Of a stretch of DNA of 27,493 nt, positions 16,038 to 24,380 are shown in pieces; position 1 is the stretch's first letter; each line of letters starts with the position of its first letter. This stretch comes from a virus (lineage: Duplodnaviria; Caudoviricetes). A program made the position numbers and the translations under genes. The DNA lies in IMG/VR virus record IMGVR_UViG_3300032220_000965, positions 1 to 27,493 of that record; one strand, 5' to 3'. The notes beneath the pieces are model-generated. The model made no database searches. It was given only the letters and a program-made list of their open reading frames with translations, and was not told the origin of the DNA.

Positions 16038-18056
16038 TTACCAATGATTTTCGTTTGGTCCAGTAAATGTCACAGCGTTTTTCATAACGCTACTTTTATA
16101 TGTGACTGTGCCTAAAGTAAATTCAGTAAGTATATCTAAAGAGTTTGGACGTCCTTTTTTAGCTTTACCAGGTAATTTACGCCAATCAGCATCACCCGCG
16201 TGAAATGCTTTACCGCTAAGAGCGTCTAAATAGAACTGATATGTACTTGATCTTGTATCAGACGTAAATCTATAAGGAGTAGCTTTAGGTAATGCATTTC
16301 CGGTAGTTGGATCTTTAGTGAACCAGCCTATACCTGTTCTACTTGACCATCCTAATCCCCATCTGTCACCAGGATATCCAACTAAGTTAAATAGATTTTT
16401 TTTACCACATTTTCTTTTCCAACCCCATAATACAATAAATGCTGCTTGAACATCACCTCCTAATTCTATATTCATTTTTTGAGCGTTTTGCCAAGTAGTA
16501 CCTTTACCCATTAAATTTTGTCCACCCCACATATTTTCAAAGGCAATACATTTAAATATATCAGGAGTGGTTTTATCTGATCCTTTACATGCAACATCCC
16601 AAACAACAACTTTAGCTATAGCACCAATAACAGATTTACCTGCTTCAGTATTTAATGATTTTAATTCAGTATCAGTACCAGTATATTGTCCTGGGAATAC
16701 TATTGGGGCATATTTTTTCCAAGTAGCAATTGTGCATCCCCAAGTTGTTAGTCCTCCACTATCTCCTCCTTCAGCAAATCCTCCTGCACCCTCCCATTGT
16801 AAAACATTAACCCACCATTTTAAAAATAATTGTCCGTCAGGAGTAGCAGAGGCGGATGCTTTAATAGCATCAGATAGAGCATCATAAGATCCACCACTTG
16901 ATTTCAATAATTTAGTATAGTCAGCGAGATTAAATTTAACTGTTGTTTCTATTTCAGGATTATCTAATAATTGTCCTTCGTCGTCTATTGCTTTAGCCAT
17001 ATCTTTAACTCTAACAGGATTTTGGTTTTCAACAGAAGGTAAAGTATCTAATATTTCTCCTTCTATTGCTAATTCATCATCATCAGTAGTGGGAGTAGTT
17101 GTTTGAGTTTTAGTAACTAAATTTAAACTATTTAAATCATTCCATTGAAAGAAAACTTCATATACATTATTATTATTAGGATCAGTAGTTTTTTCTGTAA
17201 AACTATATAATGGAAAATTTTGTTTTATAGTATCAAGATAAGCCCATCCGTTTCCATTAGTTGCATTCCATTTTGTAGAAGGAAAATTCCATGTTGTGGG
17301 TGCGCCTGTTGGAGAGTCAAAGGGAGTATTTCCATATATAGCTTTATAAGCATCTTGTTGAGCCATACCTAAAGTTCTTTGAGTAGTACTCCATGATCCT
17401 TTATGTTCAAAATTTACATATGCTTCAGTAGCTATAGGTACTTTCTTAAGAGGTATAGTTATAGTATAAGTGATAGGTGTTGTAGATTTATATTCTAATT
17501 TGATATTAAGTATATCAACTTTATGAAAGTCACCTGAGTTATATAATGATTTTAAATCATTACCTACTATTTTGGCTGCTACATTTGACAGCTGGTGTAA
17601 TGCATCAAAGTTATTAGCTGATTGGATAGCTAAATTAAATCCACTAACTCCTCTACTTTTTTCTTCAAATTTAAATGTCCATATATCTCCAGTTTTACTA
17701 TAAGTAACTTCAGGATCAGCTCCTTGAATAGCAGGTAAAATATTATTAGTTATATTTTCATTACTTGTTTCATAATTAATACATCCTAATTGATCAAGTT
17801 TAAAAAAAGGAGTATTAAATAAATCTTTACCAGCAGCAATCATTGTTCTATTATCTGCTGTTAAACCAACACTAGTACTCCATTTGGCATCCATTAATTG
17901 TTTTTTTAATTCATCATCAGGAGAGGTAAACTGAAATATATTACCATTAGTATCGAATAAAGTACCTTGACCATTAGCCCCCACAGATATTTTATATCCA
18001 GGATCTACTGTTGGGAAGTATTGAGAGGTATCTAATGATTTATTTTCTTCTGCCAT
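16038..18056 (-). CDS. Multi-domain baseplate-associated protein with C-terminal GH108-like lysozyme domain
   Basis: 672 aa; VLQWEGAGGFAEGGDSGGLTTWGCTIATW matches the GH108 EGG...DxGGxTxxGIT motif; downstream ELKSLNTE...WD...AFENMWGG parallels the GH108 'L..LT.....YW....FD..VNxG' segment. Confidence 0.65.
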   Translation of the reverse strand: MAEENKSLDTSQYFPTVDPGYKISVGANGQGTLFDTNGNIFQFTSPDDELKKQLMDAKWSTSVGLTADNRTMIAAGKDLFNTPFFKLDQLGCINYETSNENITNNILPAIQGADPEVTYSKTGDIWTFKFEEKSRGVSGFNLAIQSANNFDALHQLSNVAAKIVGNDLKSLYNSGDFHKVDILNIKLEYKSTTPITYTITIPLKKVPIATEAYVNFEHKGSWSTTQRTLGMAQQDAYKAIYGNTPFDSPTGAPTTWNFPSTKWNATNGNGWAYLDTIKQNFPLYSFTEKTTDPNNNNVYEVFFQWNDLNSLNLVTKTQTTTPTTDDDELAIEGEILDTLPSVENQNPVRVKDMAKAIDDEGQLLDNPEIETTVKFNLADYTKLLKSSGGSYDALSDAIKASASATPDGQLFLKWWVNVLQWEGAGGFAEGGDSGGLTTWGCTIATWKKYAPIVFPGQYTGTDTELKSLNTEAGKSVIGAIAKVVVWDVACKGSDKTTPDIFKCIAFENMWGGQNLMGKGTTWQNAQKMNIELGGDVQAAFIVLWGWKRKCGKKNLFNLVGYPGDRWGLGWSSRTGIGWFTKDPTTGNALPKATPYRFTSDTRSSTYQFYLDALSGKAFHAGDADWRKLPGKAKKGRPNSLDILTEFTLGTVTYKSSVMKNAVTFTGPNENHW

Positions 18057-18057
18057 T

Positions 18058-18582
18058 TTAAAAAGTTATGCCTATATCGTTAGCTAAATAATTTCCTTTA
18101 TCAAGATTTTGAGTTATATCATTTGGATCTTTAGTAGCGTAAGATTCCTGTTGAGGAACTCTATTATCATTAACTGTAGATTGAGCTGTTATAGGCCCTG
18201 TAGCGTAAACAGTTCTTCTATTATATTGTCCATTTCTAATACCTGATGAATAATCAGGTACTGATTTTAATTCTACTAGTTCATTTATAATTGGTAAACG
18301 TGTTTGGGAAGAATCTTCTGGTAGTGCTTTTGGGAATCTTTTATTTAATTCATCTTCATTAAAACTACTACTAACAGCATTAAAATCACTAGGAGCATTA
18401 GAACCACCAAAATTATTTATGATTTGCTCATACCATATCATCCTAGTTTCAGAATTAACAGCTATAACTCTAACAAAACGTTTATCTTCATTTTTCCTAG
18501 GGTTAGCTCTAGGAATTGAATTTGAAGACATTGATCGTTTAGGTATAGATGCTCCGGTTATTATACTATTTTCTCTTCCCAT
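18058..18582 (-). CDS. Putative gp5-like N-terminal (OB-fold-like) fragment
   Basis: 174 aa; VRVIAV...ALP...LPIINELVEL resembles the 'V..v...a.P.....P..ge.V' pattern of gp5/VgrG N-terminal OB domains; 1 nt from the next ATG. Confidence 0.45.
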   Translation of the reverse strand: MGRENSIITGASIPKRSMSSNSIPRANPRKNEDKRFVRVIAVNSETRMIWYEQIINNFGGSNAPSDFNAVSSSFNEDELNKRFPKALPEDSSQTRLPIINELVELKSVPDYSSGIRNGQYNRRTVYATGPITAQSTVNDNRVPQQESYATKDPNDITQNLDKGNYLANDIGITF

Positions 18583-18941
18583 TATTTATTTTCAAGTTGT
18601 TTTACTTCAACATTATGACCAATGTTGCTAATTTCTTGGAACAATAATTCCTTATCACGATCACTTAACATACCATCATCAATAGTTCCGCCATTACTAT
18701 TCATACCACGTTGAACAATACCCGCCATTTTAATTAAGGCGTCATCATTCTTAATTGCTAATTCCATATATTCCTTTAACAAAGGAACAAGCATCATCGC
18801 GTCACCTGGTTCCTGTATCATAGGTTTCAGTTGATCGATTAATGCTTTGATTTCCTTTTCCTTACGGTTGGCGTTTTTATATATATCCTCGAGTAAGCTT
18901 GAAAAGGTTTTATCTTTGAATAAAACTTGATTAAAATCCAT
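18582..18941 (-). CDS. Hypothetical helical phage protein
   Basis: 119 aa, mostly helical; preceded by the ATATTTATA motif; stop overlaps the next start. Confidence 0.8.
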   Translation of the reverse strand: MDFNQVLFKDKTFSSLLEDIYKNANRKEKEIKALIDQLKPMIQEPGDAMMLVPLLKEYMELAIKNDDALIKMAGIVQRGMNSNGGTIDDGMLSDRDKELLFQEISNIGHNVEVKQLENK

Positions 18942-18953
18942 ATTTACGTTTTA

Positions 18954-18962
18954 TATAAATAT
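18954..18962 (-). promoter_or_regulatory. ATATTTATA motif, candidate late promoter at the head of the structural block
   Basis: Intergenic, 12 nt upstream of the ATG at 18941, right after the sigma gene. Confidence 0.6.
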
Positions 18963-18977
18963 GAGAGATGTGAAGAG

Positions 18978-19733
18978 TTAGATCGACATTGTAATATGTC
19001 CATGTTCATAGTATTCGTTATATTTTTTAACATATACTAATTTTAAACGTTTGATAATCTTAGTTATCTGAGGTGTTGATGCCTCTGTCATTTCCTTTAC
19101 GTATATGTATAAGGCTTTTTTATTAAAAATATCTAAATTTTCGTTTTTACGGAATAACTCTAATATAGCGTCAGCTATGCGAGCGTCATTTTGTTTTGGA
19201 AATAGAACAAACAAATTAGCATCTGTATATTTAGTAAACTGTTTTAAATAAGATGGAAGTTGATCTACTTGTGGATCGTTATTGTTATTAACAATATCAA
19301 TTAAAATTGATTTATCTTCATCAATAGCCTCAATAGGTGCCTTATCTTTTAGCTTCTTGTAGTTAGCATTGTTATAAAGAATAAGATAACGTTTAGCAAT
19401 AGTACCGAAATAACTAAATGCTTTACCTTTATTTTGATTATATAAGTGTAATTTTTCTAATAAAAAGGCCACCACTTCATGTTGGAGCTCAGGGATAGTA
19501 TCCACTTCCGTATAGTAAAACTTAAAAGTATGAATAATATTTTCAGCCAGCTTATGAAACGAATAGTTAATTTTTTCATTGAATATTTTATTTCTTATAT
19601 CTTGGTCTGTACATTTTAAATACTCAACAATACCATCCTCAGTTTCTTGAGTAAAATAAACATTGGCCTTTTTAGGTTTACGTTTACGGACAGTCCCTTT
19701 CTTCGTTAATAATACTTCTTGCTCTTCTGCCAT
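18978..19733 (-). CDS. Phage RNA polymerase sigma factor (gp55-like, region 2)
   Basis: KLAENII...ELQHEVVAFLLEKLHLYNQNKGKAFSYFGTIAKRYLI matches sigma region 2.1-2.4 (cf. 'DL.Qe....l.....fd..k..fstY'); located at the start of the virion genes. Confidence 0.75.
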   Translation of the reverse strand: MAEEQEVLLTKKGTVRKRKPKKANVYFTQETEDGIVEYLKCTDQDIRNKIFNEKINYSFHKLAENIIHTFKFYYTEVDTIPELQHEVVAFLLEKLHLYNQNKGKAFSYFGTIAKRYLILYNNANYKKLKDKAPIEAIDEDKSILIDIVNNNNDPQVDQLPSYLKQFTKYTDANLFVLFPKQNDARIADAILELFRKNENLDIFNKKALYIYVKEMTEASTPQITKIIKRLKLVYVKKYNEYYEHGHITMSI

Positions 19734-19735
19734 GT

Positions 19736-20011
19736 TTAAACGTTCTTAAGGTAGTGGTTTAACGAATCTTGAATATTTTTTAAACTGTTAAAGAAAAATC
19801 CTATCTGATCATCTGATTTAAATGCTTCAGTTAATTCAACAGCGTTAAGTTGTCTATTTGATTCATCAACGATAGCGGCTACACTATCAATTATAATTTT
19901 TTGTTTAATAGCAATTTGTTCTAGTCTAACTACTTTACTATTTAAGTTCCAAATGATATAACCAATTACAGTGGCTATCCATAATGCGATTGAAATAATT
20001 CCTATTATCAT
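19736..20011 (-). CDS. Small single-pass membrane protein with coiled coil
   Basis: 91 aa; N-terminal MIIGIISIALWIATVIGYIIW hydrophobic helix. Confidence 0.8.
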   Translation of the reverse strand: MIIGIISIALWIATVIGYIIWNLNSKVVRLEQIAIKQKIIIDSVAAIVDESNRQLNAVELTEAFKSDDQIGFFFNSLKNIQDSLNHYLKNV

Positions 20012-20781
20012 ATATTTTTCATTAGTTCGGCTAAAGCAGGATTAGACATAGATTTCAATGCTTTTTGCTTCACAGCCGAGTTGTTTTTATTTAATTTAAA
20101 GTTACTATCTTTTTTAGATGTTTCTTGTTTAGGTCCTAATAACTTAGGTAACCATTCCTTTTCAAACTCAATTCTAGCTGCCATTAAATCCGCCTGATGT
20201 AAAACATATACAAGTGAAGTACGAGGCTTAGTTTCTGGTGTGAAACCCATTAAATAAGCTTTATTTGATTCATCATATAGTCCATCATGAGTTCTGATAG
20301 CTATCATTTCATTTTTAGTAGGTACAATACCATTACTAAGCAACAAATGTAAACCACGATCAGGAACAGTCATATATTCTAAACGATCGTTAAACATATA
20401 AGTTTCATTTAGTTTATCTCGTCTCCATTGGTCTGTCTGTTCAATATACGCTGCGTTCTGTTCATCTCCAAATTTACCTAAGTCATGATTGATAGCTGAG
20501 AATACTAATTCCTCAGTTGTGTAAGTATCTATCATTCCAAACTCATGCCATACAGTACTGAATGTTAAGGCAGCAGCTACTACTCTATTTACGTGGTCGA
20601 CATAACCACCTGGAAAACAGTTATGATACTGAGATTTATGAGATGCGGGCATCATAATGAAACGTTCCTCGTGTCTAGTATAAAACTCAAGTAACTGTTG
20701 TTTACGCGGTTCTGAGATATATAGTTCTATATTAGATAGAAATAAGTCCCAATTGTCTTTAATTTGTTCTGGTGTTAGCAT
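20008..20781 (-). CDS. HD-domain phosphohydrolase (YhaM-like HD domain)
   Basis: PAS...HNCFPGGYVDH, NHDLGK, THDG, LHQADLMA give the H...HD...H...D set; no YhaM OB domain. Confidence 0.88.
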   Translation of the reverse strand: MLTPEQIKDNWDLFLSNIELYISEPRKQQLLEFYTRHEERFIMMPASHKSQYHNCFPGGYVDHVNRVVAAALTFSTVWHEFGMIDTYTTEELVFSAINHDLGKFGDEQNAAYIEQTDQWRRDKLNETYMFNDRLEYMTVPDRGLHLLLSNGIVPTKNEMIAIRTHDGLYDESNKAYLMGFTPETKPRTSLVYVLHQADLMAARIEFEKEWLPKLLGPKQETSKKDSNFKLNKNNSAVKQKALKSMSNPALAELMKNI

Positions 20782-20799
20782 AACTTTTATTGTTTTAAT

Positions 20800-20976
20800 T
20801 TATTCTTGTTCTGAATTGATTAATGTTCTAATTTCTTCAACTTTATTCTTTAATTCACTAAGCATGTCTTTAGCAAGTACAATAGTGAAGTTTGGATCTG
20901 AGAATTGTGCTCCGAATCCAATTAGCATGTTTTCTAATTGATCTAATTTTCTTTCAACTTGAGGTTTATATCTCAT
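20800..20976 (-). CDS. 58-aa hypothetical helical-hairpin protein (not in ORF track)
   Basis: MRYKPQVERKLDQLENMLIGFGAQFSDPNFTIVLAKDMLSELKNKVEEIRTLINSEQE; ATGA overlap with the upstream gene; fills the gap. Confidence 0.8.
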   Translation of the reverse strand: MRYKPQVERKLDQLENMLIGFGAQFSDPNFTIVLAKDMLSELKNKVEEIRTLINSEQE

Positions 20977-21290
20977 TTTATATAGTTTTTAATTATTGTT
21001 ACCAAATGTGGTATTGTATCGAATGTACGTAATTTATCTGTGGTAGCCAATTCTGTCTCACCCAGTATAACAATTGTGTCCTGTTTAGTCTCAATAAACA
21101 CAATCGGGTATGTGTCCGTTTTATATTCTTTCTCTACACTAGTAGAAAATTCATCAAATTTGTTAGCGTCAATGTCGACATAGGCTATTCCGCAACCGTC
21201 TAATTCACTTTTCAACCAAATGCAATAATCACAGTCACTTAACGTTAATACTCTAACTCCTACTTCTCCATTCATTCCTCTATTCCTCAT
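20973..21290 (-). CDS. Glutaredoxin/thioredoxin-fold protein
   Basis: VRVLTLSDCDYC (CxxC), YVDID, and TYPIVFI cis-Pro motif. Confidence 0.85.
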   Translation of the reverse strand: MRNRGMNGEVGVRVLTLSDCDYCIWLKSELDGCGIAYVDIDANKFDEFSTSVEKEYKTDTYPIVFIETKQDTIVILGETELATTDKLRTFDTIPHLVTIIKNYIK

Positions 21291-21412
21291 TCTAATTAAT
21301 TTAGTGCTATAAAAAAATATGGAAAATATCCTGGGATTCCAAACTCCTAGTTGAGGTCATCCAAATATTTTCATCGGCCTTTACCGGGGATTTAACGGGG
21401 TAAATACTGTTA

Positions 21413-21421
21413 TATAAATAT
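21413..21421 (-). promoter_or_regulatory. ATATTTATA motif, candidate late promoter
   Basis: Same 9-mer, downstream of the terminator; 122 nt from the glutaredoxin ATG. Confidence 0.5.
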
Positions 21422-21469
21422 ATATGAACCATGGGAGATAGCCGTTTAAAGCGGGGTTAAGTCGGTTTT

Positions 21470-21508
21470 AATAACAAACTCCCAACCCATGTTGCAGGGT
21501 CAGGAGTT
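21470..21508 (-). terminator. Intrinsic terminator after the MoxR gene
   Basis: Minus strand AACTCCTGACCC-TGCAACAT-GGGTTGGGAGTT (12-bp stem; two G-U pairs that form only on this strand) followed by TGTTATT; ~25 nt after the stop. Confidence 0.75.
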
Positions 21509-21531
21509 ATAGTAAAAGCAACGGACCTGTA

Positions 21532-22722
21532 TTATTTAGTTATATATTTCACTAATTCTTTATTTAACATCATTAATTTAAATTTATTCGGATTACTATT
21601 ATAAATTGACTTAACCATATTATAACAAATATCTGTTGCGAATATTTTCTCGGTAACAATTTTACTGATACGTTCAATTAATGGTTTCTCAACTGCATTT
21701 TCTTTAGCATAAAATTCTAAATGGTTAGCAACCCTTGTTCCTAATGTAGCGGCAATATCTGCTCTATAGGCTTTATCTTTACCCACTAAACTTTTAAGTG
21801 TGTTCATCACATACTGTTCATCTTGACTCATAATATTTTCAGGCGAAATCATCTTATCCAATTTATTATTAATGAACATTGTGAACAAAGTACTAAACTC
21901 ACTACCAACACTACCTTCTCCAATCATTTGAATTAATGGTAATGAATCCTCAAACGATTTAATTGAACTAATACTATTAAAGAACATACTAACACTTCTA
22001 CTGTTCACTTCTTTAGTAACTAATTCTGGATGCATCAACATAAAGTTAATACAACGACCATCTAGTTTAGCTTGTTCAGCCCACTTACCCCAACATTTAA
22101 GATCAAACTTTAAATTAACACTAATAAATCTTGTTTTCTGAGCATTATCAATACTGTTAACTAAATAGTCTCCATTATCAGGATTAGCAGTTAATATGAT
22201 ATGCCAATCTTTAGGTAACTTCCAACTTATATATTGTTGGCGGTCAATCAACTCCATTACAGCTTGAATGAATCTCATATCAGCTCTATTCCAGTCATCT
22301 AATAATAGAATACCACCACTTTTTTTACCACTAATCCATTCAGGTGGACAATAACTCATACGATTCAAACCTGTAGATTCATAACCTTTCTTACGATAGT
22401 CCTCAACTGAATTTTCATCAACCCATTCACTTAACTTTTTATCCTTCATTTCAAATTGACGAATTGGAAAACCTACTAAGTCACCTATTTCCTCAATTTG
22501 AGCTAAGTTTAACTTAACGAAATTTAAATCTAATTCATCTGCTAATTGAACGATAGCAGATGTTTTACCAATACCACTATCACCTATAACTTCAGTTGAT
22601 ACCATTGGTTTATTATTTTCTTGTAGATAACGGTTGTTATCAATAATGTGTTTCAAAAAGTCCTTTAATTCATGGACATTTAATGATACAGTCGCGTTTT
22701 GTTTTTTACTTGTTTTTGCCAT
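21532..22722 (-). CDS. MoxR-family AAA+ ATPase
   Basis: Walker A GDSGIGKT, DLVGFP, Walker B ILLLDDWNRA, sensor TANP, TRF arginine finger; vWA gene nearby. Confidence 0.9.
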   Translation of the reverse strand: MAKTSKKQNATVSLNVHELKDFLKHIIDNNRYLQENNKPMVSTEVIGDSGIGKTSAIVQLADELDLNFVKLNLAQIEEIGDLVGFPIRQFEMKDKKLSEWVDENSVEDYRKKGYESTGLNRMSYCPPEWISGKKSGGILLLDDWNRADMRFIQAVMELIDRQQYISWKLPKDWHIILTANPDNGDYLVNSIDNAQKTRFISVNLKFDLKCWGKWAEQAKLDGRCINFMLMHPELVTKEVNSRSVSMFFNSISSIKSFEDSLPLIQMIGEGSVGSEFSTLFTMFINNKLDKMISPENIMSQDEQYVMNTLKSLVGKDKAYRADIAATLGTRVANHLEFYAKENAVEKPLIERISKIVTEKIFATDICYNMVKSIYNSNPNKFKLMMLNKELVKYITK

Positions 22723-22754
22723 TTTTTTACTTTTTATTTATACTTAAATTTATA

Positions 22755-23114
22755 TTATTTGTAGGGGTCAGTATATTTCAATTTATCAAGAGGATGTGGA
22801 TATGGACTATAATTCAATGACTCAGAAGTTGACTCATCATCAACATATAATGACTGTTCACGACTCATATTTTGTCTTTTATCTTCAAAATGAAATCGAA
22901 CACGATGTCCACCTTCAATATTACTAAACACAGCAAATCTTAATCCTGGACATTCATTCATTAGGTAATTCACTTGTTTAGTAATATTTGAGTTTTCAAA
23001 ATTAGCATTGTTTAATAATGTTAATGCTATTCGAATATCATCTACATTCCAACTTGTAAGCATATTCTTCAAGTTGTAAAGTTGGTCTTGATCTAAGTCA
23101 TGTATATTTTCCAT
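22755..23114 (-). CDS. Hypothetical protein within the MoxR/vWA cluster
   Basis: 119 aa; N-terminal LKNMLTSWNVDDIRIALTLLNN motif shared with the 24381-25505 protein. Confidence 0.75.
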   Translation of the reverse strand: MENIHDLDQDQLYNLKNMLTSWNVDDIRIALTLLNNANFENSNITKQVNYLMNECPGLRFAVFSNIEGGHRVRFHFEDKRQNMSREQSLYVDDESTSESLNYSPYPHPLDKLKYTDPYK

Positions 23115-23116
23115 TA

Positions 23117-24355
23117 TTATTTAATTTGCACTTTAGCTCCTGGTAAATCTTCATTAATACTTCTTCCTGAACAATGAACCCATAATGTTGGTTTACATGG
23201 TGCATCACTAACTGAACACTCACCATCAGTTAAATAAATTAAGTTTTGATACTTATCTTTATGGTTAAATAAATAATCTAATACTGGTTCATAACTTGTT
23301 CCTCCTCTACCTGATGCTTTATAATCATCTTGAAATTGTCCTTTATACTCATAAACATTTCCTATTTGAGCATCACACTCAATAACAGTCACTTCAGTAC
23401 CTGTTTTCCATATATGATGAATTTCACTTAAAAATTCTCTTAAATCATCATTTGAAACTGAACCTGAAGTATCAATAGCAACTAATGTATTTTTTCTTTG
23501 TTTAATTTTAAGAGCGGGGTTGCCATAGAAACGTTTATTTGGTTTACGTCTTGTTTTCTTAGTAAATACTTTACTAGCCATACCATTAAAACGTCTTAAA
23601 TAAGCTCTCCAATCAATAACAGCTTCTTCACTAACATATAAACTATCAATTAGTTCTTTTAACTCACCAGGTATATGTCCTCTTTGTTTTTGTACTTGAT
23701 TAGCAGTATCTTTTAATTGATGTTCAATTTGTTTCTCCATCAATTTCTTTTCTGCCTCGTCCATATTCTCATATTGTTTCCAAAACTCATGAGACGCTTT
23801 AACAGTTACTTTAGAACCGTCTGCTAAAGTTATTTCTCTAGGTTCACCATCACCATTAGCGCCTTTCATAGCATCTAACATCTTACAAACATCTCCATCT
23901 GGATTGTTTTTGCATTCCTTTAAAAGTAATTCATAATACTTTTTAGTACCTGCTTTTAAAGGCATCCCTAACTCTTTAAATGGAGAGTTAGTTATTTCTA
24001 AACCATCCCATGTTTTATCTTTATATTCGTCTTGAATATATTGATTAATTTCAATATCAGCAGCTACATTCAATAATGTTTTATCTTCATACTCATCATA
24101 CATTTGTAAGTGTTTAAATGCGATATGTAATAATTCATGTTTCAAAACAGCAACCTTACATCCATCACCTATTGTCTCCCAAAACTTAGGACTAATAACT
24201 AACTTAGTGTTAATACCATCTTTAGCAACACAAGCAGTTGCAACAGAATCACTTAATTCTTTATTCAAACCAATTAGGAACAATCCATAAAACGGTTCAC
24301 GAAACATTAATGTCTTGGAGTGTTTAGCTATATCACTGTGTATATTATCTATCAT
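23117..24355 (-). CDS. Zincin-like metallopeptidase + vWA domain protein (DUF2201-type)
   Basis: HELLH (HExxH) and NVAADIEINQ in the N-terminal part; IDWRAYL, MIDAS DTSGS, GRGGT and YLTDG in the vWA domain. Confidence 0.92.
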   Translation of the reverse strand: MIDNIHSDIAKHSKTLMFREPFYGLFLIGLNKELSDSVATACVAKDGINTKLVISPKFWETIGDGCKVAVLKHELLHIAFKHLQMYDEYEDKTLLNVAADIEINQYIQDEYKDKTWDGLEITNSPFKELGMPLKAGTKKYYELLLKECKNNPDGDVCKMLDAMKGANGDGEPREITLADGSKVTVKASHEFWKQYENMDEAEKKLMEKQIEHQLKDTANQVQKQRGHIPGELKELIDSLYVSEEAVIDWRAYLRRFNGMASKVFTKKTRRKPNKRFYGNPALKIKQRKNTLVAIDTSGSVSNDDLREFLSEIHHIWKTGTEVTVIECDAQIGNVYEYKGQFQDDYKASGRGGTSYEPVLDYLFNHKDKYQNLIYLTDGECSVSDAPCKPTLWVHCSGRSINEDLPGAKVQIK

Positions 24356-24380
24356 AATTTATTTTTTTAAAATTTAATTA

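Noticed and set aside
16024-16043. Frameshift fusion of the 672-aa and 149-aa ORFs
   Set aside because: An in-frame TAA lies two codons upstream of the 149-aa ATG, so fusion is blocked.
11692-18582. Bacterial contractile injection system (eCIS/T6SS) instead of phage
   Set aside because: The phage-type sigma, HD, MoxR/vWA and micro-ORF block, the single-strand gene density and the lack of host housekeeping genes favour a large phage, although capsid and terminase are not in the window.
14031-18631. Plus-strand ORFs 14031-14486, 14716-14943, 15205-15588, 16567-16887, 18419-18631
   Set aside because: Antisense to coherent minus-strand genes; the F/A/S-rich one mirrors the K/A/E repeat.
21291-21531. 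tRNA or G-quadruplex in the GC-rich intergenic region
   Set aside because: No cloverleaf or T-loop (GTTCGA) found; the G-runs are too far apart for a canonical quadruplex.
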